Positions 12,860 to 26,149 are shown, numbered from the stretch's first letter. The stretch: 64,000 bases of DNA from Azolla caroliniana (GCA_043228905.1 JBHGNT010000004.1:24676001-24740000), one strand, 5' to 3'. The notes: generated from the sequence alone by a model not told the origin. Translations and numbers: made by a program.

Positions 12860-15160
12860 ATGGCGGTGGCAAAAGATTTTGTGGAGGAGGGGCATTATGA
12901 TAATATGCATAGAGATCATGCAGACAATGACAATGATGGTGTCCAAATTGATGATGATAATGACCATGTAATTAACTCGCCCAATGTTGTGACTGGTGGT
13001 ATTAGTAACACATCAACACCATTTACTTCACCATTGGCACCATTAGTGTTATCATCAACAAATCATTTGATTACTCCTAATCATATGACAATCAAGAAAT
13101 TGTCCCAAGATCTAAGTCTTCGACCTAGACCTCTCCCTCGACCCCGCAGACCACTTAGCCGCGAAGCGAAGATGCTTCTTAAACAGGCGAGCCGATCCTT
13201 AATGAAGAGATGCAATTCTTCAGTAAATGTGACCAGGAAATCCTCGCGGGCAGCAGCAATAATCAGTGATAACTTCGGCATGGATCAAAGCGCAATTAGT
13301 AAAGGAGATGATGATCGTGAAAGAGATCAGACTCGGATTGATGAGAACAGTTGCTGCGATGCAATTGTGACTGACAGTGATTTAGATGAGCTAAGTGTCA
13401 TAATTGATGAACATGAAGATCGGTCAGTTTTACTGGAGGAGCTTCAATCGTTGCGTGGCATAATTCCTACGACTTCGCAAGTCTTTGGAGACATTGATTC
13501 ACATGTAATTAACTCTTTTTCTTTATTAAAATCCACATTAGTCAGCAAGTAGTAGGATTGCTAATTATGTTCATTAATCGAATCGAGATGCATAATTTGA
13601 AAGTCATTAAATATGTGAGCATCTAAATTACATTTAGACAAATTGTTTTGTTTTGGCAGCCATGCATCATTAGAGATGCATTGGGCTACTTGCAACTCCT
13701 TAAGCGAGAAATCAAAGATCTGAATGAAAGTGTTACGAAGTCAATGATGGGATCCAACACTCTAGATGCCAAGGTATAATTTGATCCTCCTTCCTCCCGA
13801 TTCTCGATTCTCTATTCAGCGTGAATCAATCGTGCTAATTAGCCCCAACAATTTTTATTACTAGTCCCAATTAATTACCTTCCAATTCTCAAACTCAGCG
13901 TGAATCAATCATGCTAATTAGCCCCAACGATTGTTAATAATTACTAGTCCCCGACTAATTACCTTCCAATTCTCTACTCCACGTGAATCAATCGTGCTAA
14001 TTAGCCGGAACTATTGTTACTAGTCCTCACTAATTTACCTTACAATTTCGCAAACCATAAATAGGTGGATGTGCATATGTATGGACATAGGCTCGATATA
14101 CGGGTTTCATGTCGTAAGAAGGCGGGCTTGCTAGCCGATATCATAAACATGTTGGAATCGTTGGGGCTTCTCTTCGACGAGGTGAATGCTTCTTGTCACG
14201 ATCGGTTGTTGCTCAAGGCGTCGAGTGCCCAGGTAAAACTCAATAATCCAACCAAACTTAACCACTATAGTTTTTCTCTCTAGTCCTGCCCTAAACTTAG
14301 TTCAACCTCATCATGTATATAGATCAGATCAGAAGTAGTGTAAGAAATCAAGTAATAACACAAGAGATAGGAAGAAGATAACAAGGAGAGAGAGAGAGAG
14401 AGAGAGATCAAGAAACTAACAATTGTATTTCTCACACCGCATGAATAGTGGTTACTAAGGTGTTGATGATCAATATGTATCTGTTTAATTATAGATATCT
14501 ATGGTTAGTTATAGCCTAAGTTTGCCCCTAATTTGCCTTCCTAATGATCACAAGTAAATCATTAGGTTTGGAGGTGTTGATGATCATATACTAATTATAG
14601 ATGTTTATATACTTATAGCCTGAGTTTGCCCTAGGTTGCCTTTCTAATTACATGCATAACCTCCCCCCCAAATGTGTATCTATGGGTTTGTATGTACCAC
14701 CAAATCTTACATATATTTGAGAGTGCCATAAGTGTATTGTGATATTAGAAACCACAACTTGCTATTTACATCCATTTAAATGTTCCTTGACTCATTTGTG
14801 TTCATCGTACATATGACAATCATGCGAACAAGTTTTGCAAGACCTTGTTTTTTCCATCTTGTTTAAATGCTCCTTGACTCATTTGTGTTCGTTGCGCACA
14901 TGACAATCATGGGAACAAGGTTCATAGTATGGTAAGGGGAGCAATATTTCTTTGTAATGATCGTATATTTAGCGTATGCATATATAATACTCTCTCTATG
15001 ATTAAGATCGTTTGACATTAAATGTGTATGTTGTCGGCGAGTGGGTTGTTGTTTTTACTCTTTGATAACATTTTCTTATTCATGTGATCAGCAAGAACTT
15101 CACCTCATGGACACAGAAGCAATTAGGAGAGCTATTTGGATGACTATACAAAAGAATTGA
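12860..15160 (+). CDS. Atypical HLH + C-terminal ACT-like domain protein (bHLH-related, no obvious basic region); exons 12860-13480 (or -13504), 13660-13773, 14065-14232, 15092-15160
   Basis: All junctions GT-AG and phase 0. Helix1 LLEELQSLRGIIP, helix2 CIIRDALGYLQLLKREIKDLN, ACT-like VDVHMYGHRLDIRVSCRKKAGLLADIINMLESLGLLFDEVNASC, closing helix DTEAIRRAIW; stop TGA 15158-15160. Confidence 0.8.
13802..14050 (+). repeat. ~80-bp tandem repeat x3 filling most of intron 2
   Basis: CGTGAATCAATC(G/A)TGCTAATTAGCC...TTACTAGTCC...ATTACCTT repeated three times. Confidence 0.85.
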
Positions 15161-17073
15161 ATTGACACTTTAACAAAGCTGAGAGATAAACGTTAGTGTT
15201 TTTTCAAGATCCAACCATGTCATACCGCTTAATATGGGCATGACTTGTCTTTGCTTATTGTGGTTCATTTGATATTAGACAACTAAGCACCAAGCTCAGA
15301 ACTCTTGAAAGTGCCAAAATAGAACAAAATTCTCGGCATTAACTTATTATAACCTAATATGTTCATAATTTATCACAATCAATATTCATAATAATGATTT
15401 AAGTGCTACTTATGGACATAGTTGCATTGTTGCTCATTATTTCTTCATTCATTACTCCAAATTCCATCATCCCTCCCCTAAAGGGCAGTCATAAACTTCT
15501 TGTAATAATTTGAATGAATCTAAAGATATATTATTTAGAAACAACTGTGTACCAAATTGTTTTAAGCCCTTTGTAACATTTACCTAAATCTATGATCTCG
15601 TCAATCCTCTTGTGAAGAAACGTACATAATTAGCTCGCAAATAAAGTTTTGTGATGCAACTATCACCTCACGATATTGTTGTCAATGTTTATTTGCACTC
15701 TATCACACTATGGCAAGAAGCAATAATAATACATTAGAAGGAATATTTGCATCCATCATATATTGATTTGAGCTCACTAGCCATCCAAGAATAGATTTCT
15801 AGAGAGAGAGAGAGCAAATTGCTAATGATGTAATCAAGCTAGCAATTTGCATTATGTCAGCATTGACCAATTACACTAGCTAAAGGTCTAACTACATCGA
15901 TGCAAGTAACGAAAATACAGCATCAAGTATTGCCTACCGTTGAGGTACTGAAGATCATTTCCTTACATTTATTGAGGATAATAGGAAGACCATGTGATCA
16001 TATTCTCACATGTAATGGATGCACTAGGGAACCAAATTTGTGAGGTCGACATATATGAATAGGGTACTCAATGAGTTCACTTCATATCTCCTATCAAGAT
16101 ACGTATTAATTAAACTATTTTAATCAATTGTTGATCTTCCCACTAATGATGTTATTGATAAGTGCATCGTACATATTTCATGAATAGGTCACCCATGTGC
16201 CAAATTGTGGTGTGCTTTTACTTGAATCATGATTAGTGCAAGCTAAATTCAATAAAGCTACTTATCCAAAAAAATTATAATAAAATAAGGAAAATTGAGG
16301 GAAAAGTATATCACATTGCAAGGGTAGCTTTGATTTTGTCACACATGTGTTTGATATTTTCTATTATAAATAGCACTGGATTTCTAAGGCTTTTATTGTG
16401 ATTTCGTTATCGTTTACAACAACCGACTTCGATGTATGGTATTTATATAAAGAGGAATCTTTTAGCCTTTGGTTTGTAAGTTGCAATACCTATCAAAGTG
16501 AATATAGCCCTTTATAAAAGAAAACTACAATAATATACAATGTCCTTCATAAAGGATGTCAAAAAGAAATTGAGCAAAATGTTATATCCCACATGTGGAT
16601 TAGGAATTAGGATATTATTTAGCAATGAAAATATGCATTGTCTAAAGAATACTTACTAAGATATGTGGAAAAGTGCCGATTTATAAGTTTCTACATGTAG
16701 CATCATGATGTTGTGACAACATACATCCCCCCTATGACAACATGCCAATAATAGAGTTCCTAATCAACTTTGCCACCATCGATCAATGTACGGATGGCTA
16801 TGTGCGTCACATAGTTGTTTGCATTAAGCATATAGGGGAGTTAGAATGTCCCATTAGGATTGGATAAAAAGGTTGTCAATCCCAAACCATGCATTGTGTT
16901 TTAATTTTCTCAAACTAGCTTAACATGTGTGTATGTGTGAAAACCCCGAAAGAAACTAGAAGATAAAATCAAAACTCAAAGTGAGTTTTTGAACCTTATA
17001 AAAATGTATAGTTTTGATGCATTGAAGATATAACTTAAGGTCATTAAATCCACATATTAGATTTACCCAATGA

Positions 17074-17739
17074 CAGCTATGGGCCCGGGTTCGGTTCAGT
17101 TTCTTTGCCTTGAAACCGAACAAAACCATTTATATAAAATAAAAACCAAAGCAAGCTGTTTATGAACTCTCAAGTCGTTTAAACCAAACCATTCAAGAAA
17201 AGGTAAACCAAATCGTTCAAACCAAAACTGTTCAGGGAAAAGTTAAAACCAAAATAATCATTTAATAAACATTACTTCGCATTAATTAGCAAGCAGAATA
17301 CAACTAGATATTTAACATCACCTCACTGCATGAGAGCTTTTGTCGCTGAAAAACAAACTTAGAGTGCCTGGTCCAAATGTCCTAGATCAATATGCACGCC
17401 ACCATAAGCCATTTAAGTCAAACTAATTAAAAAACTAAATTAACAAAAATACATTAGATTAAATAAGGATTTATGTTGAGCTAATTAAATCAATAAAAAA
17501 ATATTAGTCGAATCATTAAACTAAATAAGTATTTAAGTTAAATTAAACCATTAAATTAATGAACCATCAAGGAAAAAATATTTAACCAAACCCATAAACC
17601 CGAGTTTTTATAACCAAACCGAACCATTTATTAACAATCCAAACCAAACGAAACCATTTAATTATTTTGGAACCAATATACCATCAAACCATGATTTAAA
17701 GGTTCTTTTCTGTTTGAGCCGAAACCAAGTCTATAACTA
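17074..17739. mobile_element. hAT-type MITE, copy 2, with 8-bp TSD
   Basis: Ends CAGCTATGGGC ... GTCTATAACTA (degenerate TIR); flanks CCCAATGA (17066-17073) and CCCAATGG (17740-17747); body aligns with 8482-8953. Confidence 0.8.
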
Positions 17740-18802
17740 CCCAATGGCATAGAGTTTAATCTTAAGAGATAGTGATTCTATCCCCTTTCCTATTAATACA
17801 ATCAATATGCATCGATGAACTAAAAAGAGGCATGGATCCAAATATTCTTGAATGGGTTAACCTTGTGAATTATGACGAATCCATATGTAGGGAAAGGCAA
17901 CATGTGACGTTTATCAAATGATTGTGAAAGTTGAACCCCATGCTCTCTTAAGAGTTTGAGGGGTTAAGAGTTTGAATTGGCTTGTCCCGCTTGTGCACAT
18001 TATGACCTATGGGGCAAAATACATTTAAACATTTCCAAAGAATATGTGTAGAAATTAGTCACGCTTGATATTCAAGAATTTTACTAGGGAATGTTGCAAT
18101 CAAGTGTGCACATTTTGATGGAGAGAAGAATTTGTGTTGGAGTGGATTGGACTGACAATGTGTGGAAAGAAAACTCAAACATTGTTGAAGGTAGCACATT
18201 ATATCAAAGTGTTATACTCAAACTTCCAAACTTGTTCATGGCAAAATATCCATAGTCAATAATTCTCCTCAATTATGCCCTAATGTCTAGTCTCACATGA
18301 AATATATAATGTGAGCTAAGTAATATGGAAGCAAAGGTATGGATTGTGGTTAAAGGAATAGGCTCTAACATGTATTTTCGCATATTATGTGTTTTGTAAT
18401 TTGGTGTCCAACATTTGTAGTTTCATATTTGAGATGTGAGCATTGACATGTTGCACCCACCATTAACATTGGTATTGCAAAAATAAACTCATTCACAAAG
18501 GAATTTGTCGATGCATCAAGAAGCAAATGCGATACATCCTATTTTCCAAACCATTTATTTATATCTTGCATCCATTTGAAACCCAAAAATTTGCTCCTAT
18601 ATGTCTCTTGAATCTTTTTGCTTGCTTCCTGTGCAATTATAGGAAGTTTGTGCAAGATTTTATTTTTTTAAACGATCAATAATCATATACTCAACAACAA
18701 TTTTCATGCCCATGATCTTAATGGGACCAATCTTAAGAAGGAAGAGAATTTAATCATTTGTAGCTTGACTCGAAGAAACTTCATAAGGAAGTGCTTTAGG
18801 AT

Positions 18803-18806
<4 letters not shown>

Positions 18807-18847
<41 letters not shown>

Positions 18848-18938
18848 ATTAGCTTACCCTAGTGGTAAGTCGATAACACTACAAGCATTGTGTCTTGGGT
18901 TCAAAACCCAATTTCCTCACCTCTCTATTATATACTTC

Positions 18939-18977
<39 letters not shown>
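18807..18977 (+). repeat. Two (CT)n tracts bracketing a tRNA-derived SINE-like remnant
   Basis: (CT)n 18807-18844 and ~18945-18977; between them A-box-like TAGTGGTAAG (18860) and B-box-like GGGTTCAAAACCC (18897-18909). Confidence 0.5.
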
Positions 18978-18979
<2 letters not shown>

Positions 18980-19089
18980 AGTGGACTTAATGATTCACTT
19001 GATAATTCAACCCCATAGAAAAACATCAATGTTGTAAAAATGTCAAAGAGATATTTTTTGAGAACTCAATATTTACTTTGTTTACCATT

Positions 19090-19500
19090 GCATATATTCT
19101 CAAATGCACAACAAGCAATCCATTAGAGAGGTGGGTAGCGTATATTGTACATAATGTATAGTTTATACTTATTTTGAGTCTTCACAAGCATAACCTTTGA
19201 TTTGGGGCTATAACACAACTTTCTATGCAATAAAAACTTTTCAACATACTCTAAAGTATTTGCGAAAAAACACCACATAAAATTCCCAATTGTAACTTCT
19301 TCAATGCCTCCTTGCTTTACAAACCCATGAACCATTTGCCCTAATTCATCAATGCATAAAACATAAGGATTTGGTGAGAGTTGGCATCCTTGCTTAATGC
19401 CCATAATGTTGGTGAAAAAATCAGAATTCTATCTCCCATATGCACATGACATGTCACCTTTTCATAGATTTGATTCGTAAACATGTCACCTTTTAGGGGT
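19090..19500 (-). mobile_element. LINE reverse transcriptase fragment
   Basis: Minus ORF MGIKQGCQLSPNPYVLCIDEL matches the non-LTR RT GxxQGCPLSPxxF motif; KSKVML downstream. Confidence 0.7.
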
Positions 19501-19519
19501 CGTGAGATTGGGCACAAAC

Positions 19520-19818
19520 TATTGGCATAAAAGGCTGACTCCTTCCAAATTGTATCGTAGTGTGAACTCGTCCAACAAAGTTAGGGCTTAGTATATAAGC
19601 AATAACCTAACGGTGTAAAAGAGAGAGAACTTCTTGATCATTGTGTATAGCGATCTCAGAGTGAGAGAGAACAAATGCAATAACAAAGCTTCCATTAAAG
19701 CTTAAACCGTGTCTATCTTCTGTTGTATCTTCTTGCCTCCATTTTGTGTAGTTTGCCAAACACATACGACATGTCCTCACATACACACACATACGTTTCC
19801 GCGCATATTCGATCAACA
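19520..19818 (+). repeat. 5' LTR of the copia element
   Basis: Aligns with 25094-25396 (about 20 substitutions and one 4-bp indel by eye); ends ATCAACA before the PBS. Confidence 0.92.
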
Positions 19819-22800
19819 ACTGGTATCATAGCAACTTGCGGTTCGGCAAAAACAAACAACAGAAAAAGCTGAAAGGAAAAAGACTAGGTTAGTAAAATCT
19901 CACTTTCAAAGGCGAACATGGCTTCAACATTTGGAACAGGAGTCGAAATCAGAAAATTCGATGGCAAAAACTTTGCCCTATGGAAGGAGTTGATGTGGGA
20001 CGTGTTGATCATCATAAGACAAGTCGAAGCCATTCGACACAGTGAAAAACCTGCCTTGATGACAACCGAAGAGTGGAGATCTACAAACGAAATTGCACGC
20101 TCCACCATCTGAATGCATCTGGCTGAAAACATCTACGTCAGCATGGCAAAAGAGACGACAACATTCTCATTGTGGGAGAAGCTACAAGCCGCGTACGAGA
20201 AAAAATCATCATCTTCAAAACAGATTTTGATCAAACAATTGTTCAACATGAAGATGAGAGACCAATCCGGCTACCTCCCACATCAACACCTTCATCCGGG
20301 TGTTGTTAGAACTCTCCTCACAAGGGATCAACTTCGAAGAAGAAGTCAAAGCTCATGCCCTCCAATCGAGCTTGCCGACGAGTTGGGAGGTATTCTGCAC
20401 GACATACGCCAATAGCCGACCAATCCTAAATCAGGATGAGACGATCGACCAAGTCCTCATCGACGACATTCGGCAAAAATTGATGGGACTCACCATCGTC
20501 GAATCGGTAGAAGCCTACCACTCGACTGAGTCGATCAAGAGAACAAGCCGACAAAGTCGGTCGACACCATAGTTGATCGAAAACGAGGGGAGACCGACAA
20601 CGGTCGAAGTCGAGAACAGGCCGATCAGGCGAATTCTGCACACATTGCAAAAAAGTTGGCCACAATGTTTCCAATTGTTGGTCGATCAAGAGGAAAGAGA
20701 GTGGTCGACGATCTGACCGGAATCGAGGACGACCCGACTTGGACCATTCTCCAGTCAGCAGCCAAATCAACCTTGCCGACACCCGATCAAGAGAAATTCT
20801 CTCCTTAGCGGATTCAATTATCGGAGAAGTCCTCTACAATGCACAAGATGCACACACGCGGTTACTGGACTCCGGTGCAACATTCCACATGACCCCAACC
20901 AACGAATGGTTTTCAAATTATTCAAGCGGCGCTAGTGGCATAGTCCGACTAGGCAATGGGCATGAGTGCAGAATAGCAAGAGTTGGAGAAGTAGCAATTC
21001 AATTGTCAAATGGCAACACAATAATCCTGCACCAAGTCTGGCACGTACCCGATCTTAAAAGGAGTTTGGTCTCCATCGGCATGCTAGCCGAAGACAGGTA
21101 CCGAACGACTTTAAGTGAGTCGGTATGGATGATCAGTCGGGGAAATCTCAGAATTGGGAGTGGACACAAGTACAATGGTGATCAATCCAGAAGGGGTTGT
21201 GAACGTGGCCAAAAAGACTGACCCAAACCTATGGCATGGCTGACTTGGCCATATGTCTCAAGCCGGACTTGATCGGTTGATGGCAATCGGCTACATTCCA
21301 AAACTCCAAGCAAAAACGGACTTCTGCGAGCATTGTCGATACGGGAAACTGACCCGAAGTCTGCACTCTCTCCACTACGAGACGGTATGGCAACCCCTAG
21401 AGCTCATGCACACATATATATGTGGGCCCATGCTAGAGCGATCACTAGGAGGCGCCCGATACTTCATCACTATTGTAGATGACTACACACAAAAGTTCTG
21501 TGCCTACTCCATTAGGTCCAAAGACGAAGTGCTCAAGGTCTTCACTCGGTGGATATTTGAAGTGGAGAACCGGTCGGGATACAGGGTGAAGACACTCTGA
21601 TCCGACAACGGAGGTGAGTACACCTCTAGAGCCTTCAAACAATACTTGTCCGACAAAGGGACATCAAAAGAGCTTTCCCTACGCACCCATGTAGAATGGG
21701 GTGGTTGAACGGATCAACCCAACAATCCAAGAGAGGGTGACGACAATGCTACAACAAGTTGAACTAAAGCTGGAGTTCTGGGCGAAGGCATTGCAGACGG
21801 CAGTATACCTGGTAAATCTATCACCGTTGAAAGAAATCAAGCTCGAAGTGCCACAAGCACTATGGTCAGGCAAACAACTGACCTACGATAGGCTCCGTAT
21901 ATTCAGATGCGAAGCCTATGCATTTATCCACAAGGAGAAAAGGACCAAGTTGGCACCCCATGCGACGAAGTACATATTTCTCGGTTATGGAACTGATGGG
22001 GACTTCGGCTACAGGCTATGGGACCCGGAGAACCGGAAACTGATCCGGAACAGTGATATAGTCTTCAATGAAGACTCTATCTTCTCTCAGCGGAACCAAC
22101 AGAAAATAGTTGGTAAAAAGGTATCCTTCGAAGCCAACAGAGATGTCGTAGAAGGACTGTCCCACCAAGCCGAATCGGAGATTCGACAAACAGTTGAACC
22201 AGACCAAGCCGCCAACATACCTACCAACTCCAAATCGGTAGGAGGTCCACTAGTTGAACTCGAAGACAAAGCCATCAAAGACAAAGCTGATTCAACAAGA
22301 GTCGAACAAGGCAAAGTCAACCAGATTCAATTTGGAAACAGACCCGAGTCGGCAAAGTCCATAAGGGAGGACAACATGACATCGCCGAAATCCCAAGATG
22401 GGGGCGAGTCACCCAACAGGACTCCTGACTTGAGTGGTTCCACAAATACCGATCGAACAACAGAGCTGATCCAAGAATCCAAACCGATCAATATGGCATT
22501 CAGGAGATCCGGACGAAATCAAAGGCCAACAGAAGTTTTATCAATCGGGCCTTGACTACGTCCATTACATCGATGCAGGCGAACCCAACACATACGAAGA
22601 AGTTATGGCCGCACTAGACGTTGATACATGGCTACAAGCCATGAAATCCGAAATGGACTCAATTCATCGGAATCAAACATGGGAGTTGGTCGAACAACCA
22701 GCTGGAAGAAACCCGCTACCTTGCAAATGGGTTTTCCAATACAAATATGTATCTGACTCAGAGAAACCCAAGTAGAAAGCTCGACTTGTCACGAAAGGAT

Positions 22801-24629
22801 TCAAACAAGAACATGGAGTCGACTACAACGAGATATTGTCACCAGTAGTCAAGATGACCACCCTCAGACACCTACTAGGAGTTGTGGCGACAAACGAAGG
22901 AGAGCTAGAGTAGCTAGATGGAAAGACGACGTTCCTACATGGAGATCTGGAAGAAGACATTTACATGTCTCAACTGGCAGGCTTCACGACGACGGGGAAA
23001 GAAAGTCACCTCATATGCCGCCTGAAGAAAAGTCTCTATGGCTTGAAACAAGCGCCAAGGATGTGGTACCAGAAGTTTGACTCCTACATCAGGCATCTTG
23101 GATACCGTTGATCGGACTCCAACCCATGCATGTACATTCGGCAACTAGCCCACGAGTCTAGGATTTATCTGATCCTATATGGCGACGACATGCTGATTGC
23201 AGGAAGCAATCGAGTAGAGATCGGAAAGCTGAAGCGGAGCCTTCACGACAAGTTTGCGATGAAGGATCTTGGACAAGCCCGACACAAACTGGGCATGAGG
23301 ATTAGGCGAAATTGGATGACCAAGACTCTCCGACTCTCCCAGTCCGACTATATCCGAAAGGTGTTGAATCACTTCAATATGGAGAATGTGAAGCCAACAC
23401 CAACACCACTTCTGACGTCAATCCGAATATCGGACATAGACTCTCCTTCAAGGGACAAGGAGAGAGAGCTTAATGGAAAGATGCCCTATGCATCGGCCGT
23501 AGGAAGTATCATGTACGCAATGGTGGCGACCCAACCCGACCTAGCCTATGTCATAGGGGTGGTCAGTTGGTACATGTCGAATCCAGGACAGAAGCATTGG
23601 GATGTCGTCAAGCACATCTTCAGGTACCTGAGAGGGACCGAAGGTATAGAGCTGACTTTCAGTTTGACAACCTCAGTCGAAGTCAAAGGCTACACTAAAT
23701 CCGACTATGTCGGCAATACGGACAATCGGAAGTCAACATCAAGCTATATTTTTACCTATGGTGGCGGTGCTATATCATGGAGGTCGAAGCTTCAAGAATG
23801 CACGGCCCTATCGACCACAGAAGCCGAGTACATAACAGCATCAGAGGCAATGAAGGAAGTGATCTGGCTGCACCGACTCTCATCTACAAGCCGAATCGAC
23901 CAACCAACGCCAAGCATTTATTGCAACTCACAGAGCATTATACACCTATCTATCATGCAAAGACAAAGCATATTGAGGTGCGGTATCATCACATCCGAGA
24001 GCTCAAAGAGCGTTATACACCTCATCAACAATCATGTCTATCATGCAAAGACAAAGCATATTGAGGTGCAGTATCATCACATCTCATCTACAAGCCGAAT
24101 CAACCAACCAATGCCAACCATCTATTGCGACTCACAGGGCGCCATACACCTCACCAACAATCCTGTCTATCACGCAAAGACAAAGCCTATTGAGGTGCGG
24201 TATCATCACATCTCATCTACAAGCTGAATCAATCGACCAACACCAACCATCTATTGCGACTCACAGAGCGCTATACACCTCATCAACAATCATGTCTATC
24301 ACCGAGAAGAAGCTCGAAGTCCAGAAGATCAACGCCAAGGTGAACATCGTTGATTGCCTGACGAAGCCACTCCCAAATGAATGCTTTGGAACACTAAGGA
24401 CAAATATGGGACTATGATAAGCGACCGAGCATAAGAAGGCCGAACGAGGAGCAAAAGGTAAGTCGAACCGATCAACTCAGACAAGTCAATCTGATTGACT
24501 AACCGAACCAGGCTAGACATTGAACACATCTTTGCCGACTCAGCCACATGCCGATTGACTTGTAAATATAAATTTAGATTAATTTTGTAATCTAGGTTTA
24601 CGAGGGAGATAACCCCAAACACTTGTACA

Positions 24630-25055
24630 TGTCACGGACACACCAAGTGCGGACTAAGACGGAGCACGGATGATGAGGCTACGACGGAGCGAGGACAGAA
24701 TGACACAAGAGCATAAAGATAGAGATGAAGATTAAGGAGAGAAGATGGGCGAAACGAGAATACTAGATTGATATGTCCATGACTGGCGTTGTTCACCTTG
24801 AATTCCTTCAAGGTGAACTCAACTATTTATACTAAGTGGCATGCATACCTGTTGCACGCATGTGATACAATAGAGCATGTAGGCAGTAGGTACGCATGCA
24901 TGTGCCAAGTGTAAATAATACAAGGGAGAAATTATGCACATGATGCTAGCTAAAACCTACAATGAGGAAGTATATACATGATTATATGCTAGATGTGTGG
25001 TTAACACATAACACTCGATTATAACATGGTCATGTCAAGAGTTCGAATCTTGACA
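24630..25055 (-). mobile_element. Solo LTR (426 bp) nested in the copia 3' untranslated region
   Basis: TGTCA...TGACA termini, perfect 5-bp TSD GTACA (24625-24629, 25056-25060); TATAAATAG on the minus strand near 24830. Confidence 0.85.
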
Positions 25056-25093
25056 GTACATGCCGGAAAGAGTAGTCCTTTTACGGGGGAGTT

Positions 25094-25396
25094 TGTTAAC
25101 ATAAAAGCCCGACTCCTTCCAATTTGTATCGTAGTGTGAACTCATCCAACAAAGTTAGGGCTTAGTATATAAGGAATAACCTAACGGTGTAAAAGAGAGA
25201 GAAATTCTTGATCGTCGTGTATAGCCATCTCAGAGTGAGAGAGAGAGAATGAATGCAATAACAGAGCTTCCATTAAATCTTAAACCATGTCTATCTTCTG
25301 TTGTATCTTCTTGCCTCCATTCGGTGTAGTTTGCCGAACACATACGACAGGTCCTCACATACACACACATACATTTCCGCGCATATTCGATCAACA
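25094..25396 (+). repeat. 3' LTR of the copia element
   Basis: TGTT...AACA, preceded by PPT, matches the 5' LTR. Confidence 0.92.
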
Positions 25397-25910
25397 CAAG
25401 CATAAACTCATCTGCTCAAGAAAATTAACAAGTGATTAATAAACAAGGGGTTGATTAGTCAATTTTGGAAACTCTGAAATTTTTTTGTTATGTATTTTGT
25501 GTTTATGTATTGTAGGTTTCTCTACACCAAGTTGTTATCCCTTGGGCATGCTAGATGTTGATCCTCCGATGGGGACATCTATTAAATACAACTCATGCCC
25601 AACAATATAAATTACAACTATAGGATATTTTGCTTGAATTATAAAGATAAATATTAAAGAAGGGCATTTTAAAGATTTAGGGTTACAATATATAGTGATA
25701 TCTTACAAGAGGATGTGGAAGCTGAAGTGTAAGAGCCATCCATAAGAAAAAGTAAATATTGTTGTTATGTGAGTGGCGGTTCATCAACTTAGTCTTTCCA
25801 TCCCTTTTCCTATTTAAAACCTCGTTTTAGGGTTTGAAGTGCCAATGTTCCTTTTTAGAGATTTTGTGAATCGTTAATTTAAGATAACTAGGAGCATGAA
25901 GCTTACTTCC

Positions 25911-26085
25911 TCTAAACTCCTCTTTGTATTTAACCCTCCATTAATGAAAGCTTGATTGTTTATTAATTCAATATCTAAACTCCCTTTTGTATTTAACCCT
26001 CCATTAACGAAAGCTTAACTCTTTATTAATTCAATATCTAAACTCCCTTTTGTATTTAACCCTCCATTAATGAAAGCTTAACTCA
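25911..26085. repeat. 63-bp tandem repeat x~3
   Basis: TCTAAACTCC...TTTGTATTTAACCCTCCATTAA units at 25911, 25974, 26037. Confidence 0.9.
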
Positions 26086-26149
26086 ATCTCTAACCTCTTT
26101 AACTAAATGTTTATTTCTTGCAATGGTAATTAATCTCTAATGTGAGGGA

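Larger units (their letters stand above)
19520..25396 (+). mobile_element. Full-length but decayed Ty1/copia LTR retrotransposon
   Basis: LTRs 19520-19818 and 25094-25396; PBS TGGTATCATAGC (tRNA-Met type, 19821-19832); gag KFDGKNFALWK; protease LLDSGATFHMT; integrase HTYICGPM...SDNGGEY; RT ILYGDDML; RNase H SDYVG...KSTS, KHIEVRYH; PPT GGGGGAG at 25085-25091; TSD CAAAC/CAAGC. Stops and frameshifts throughout. Confidence 0.95.
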
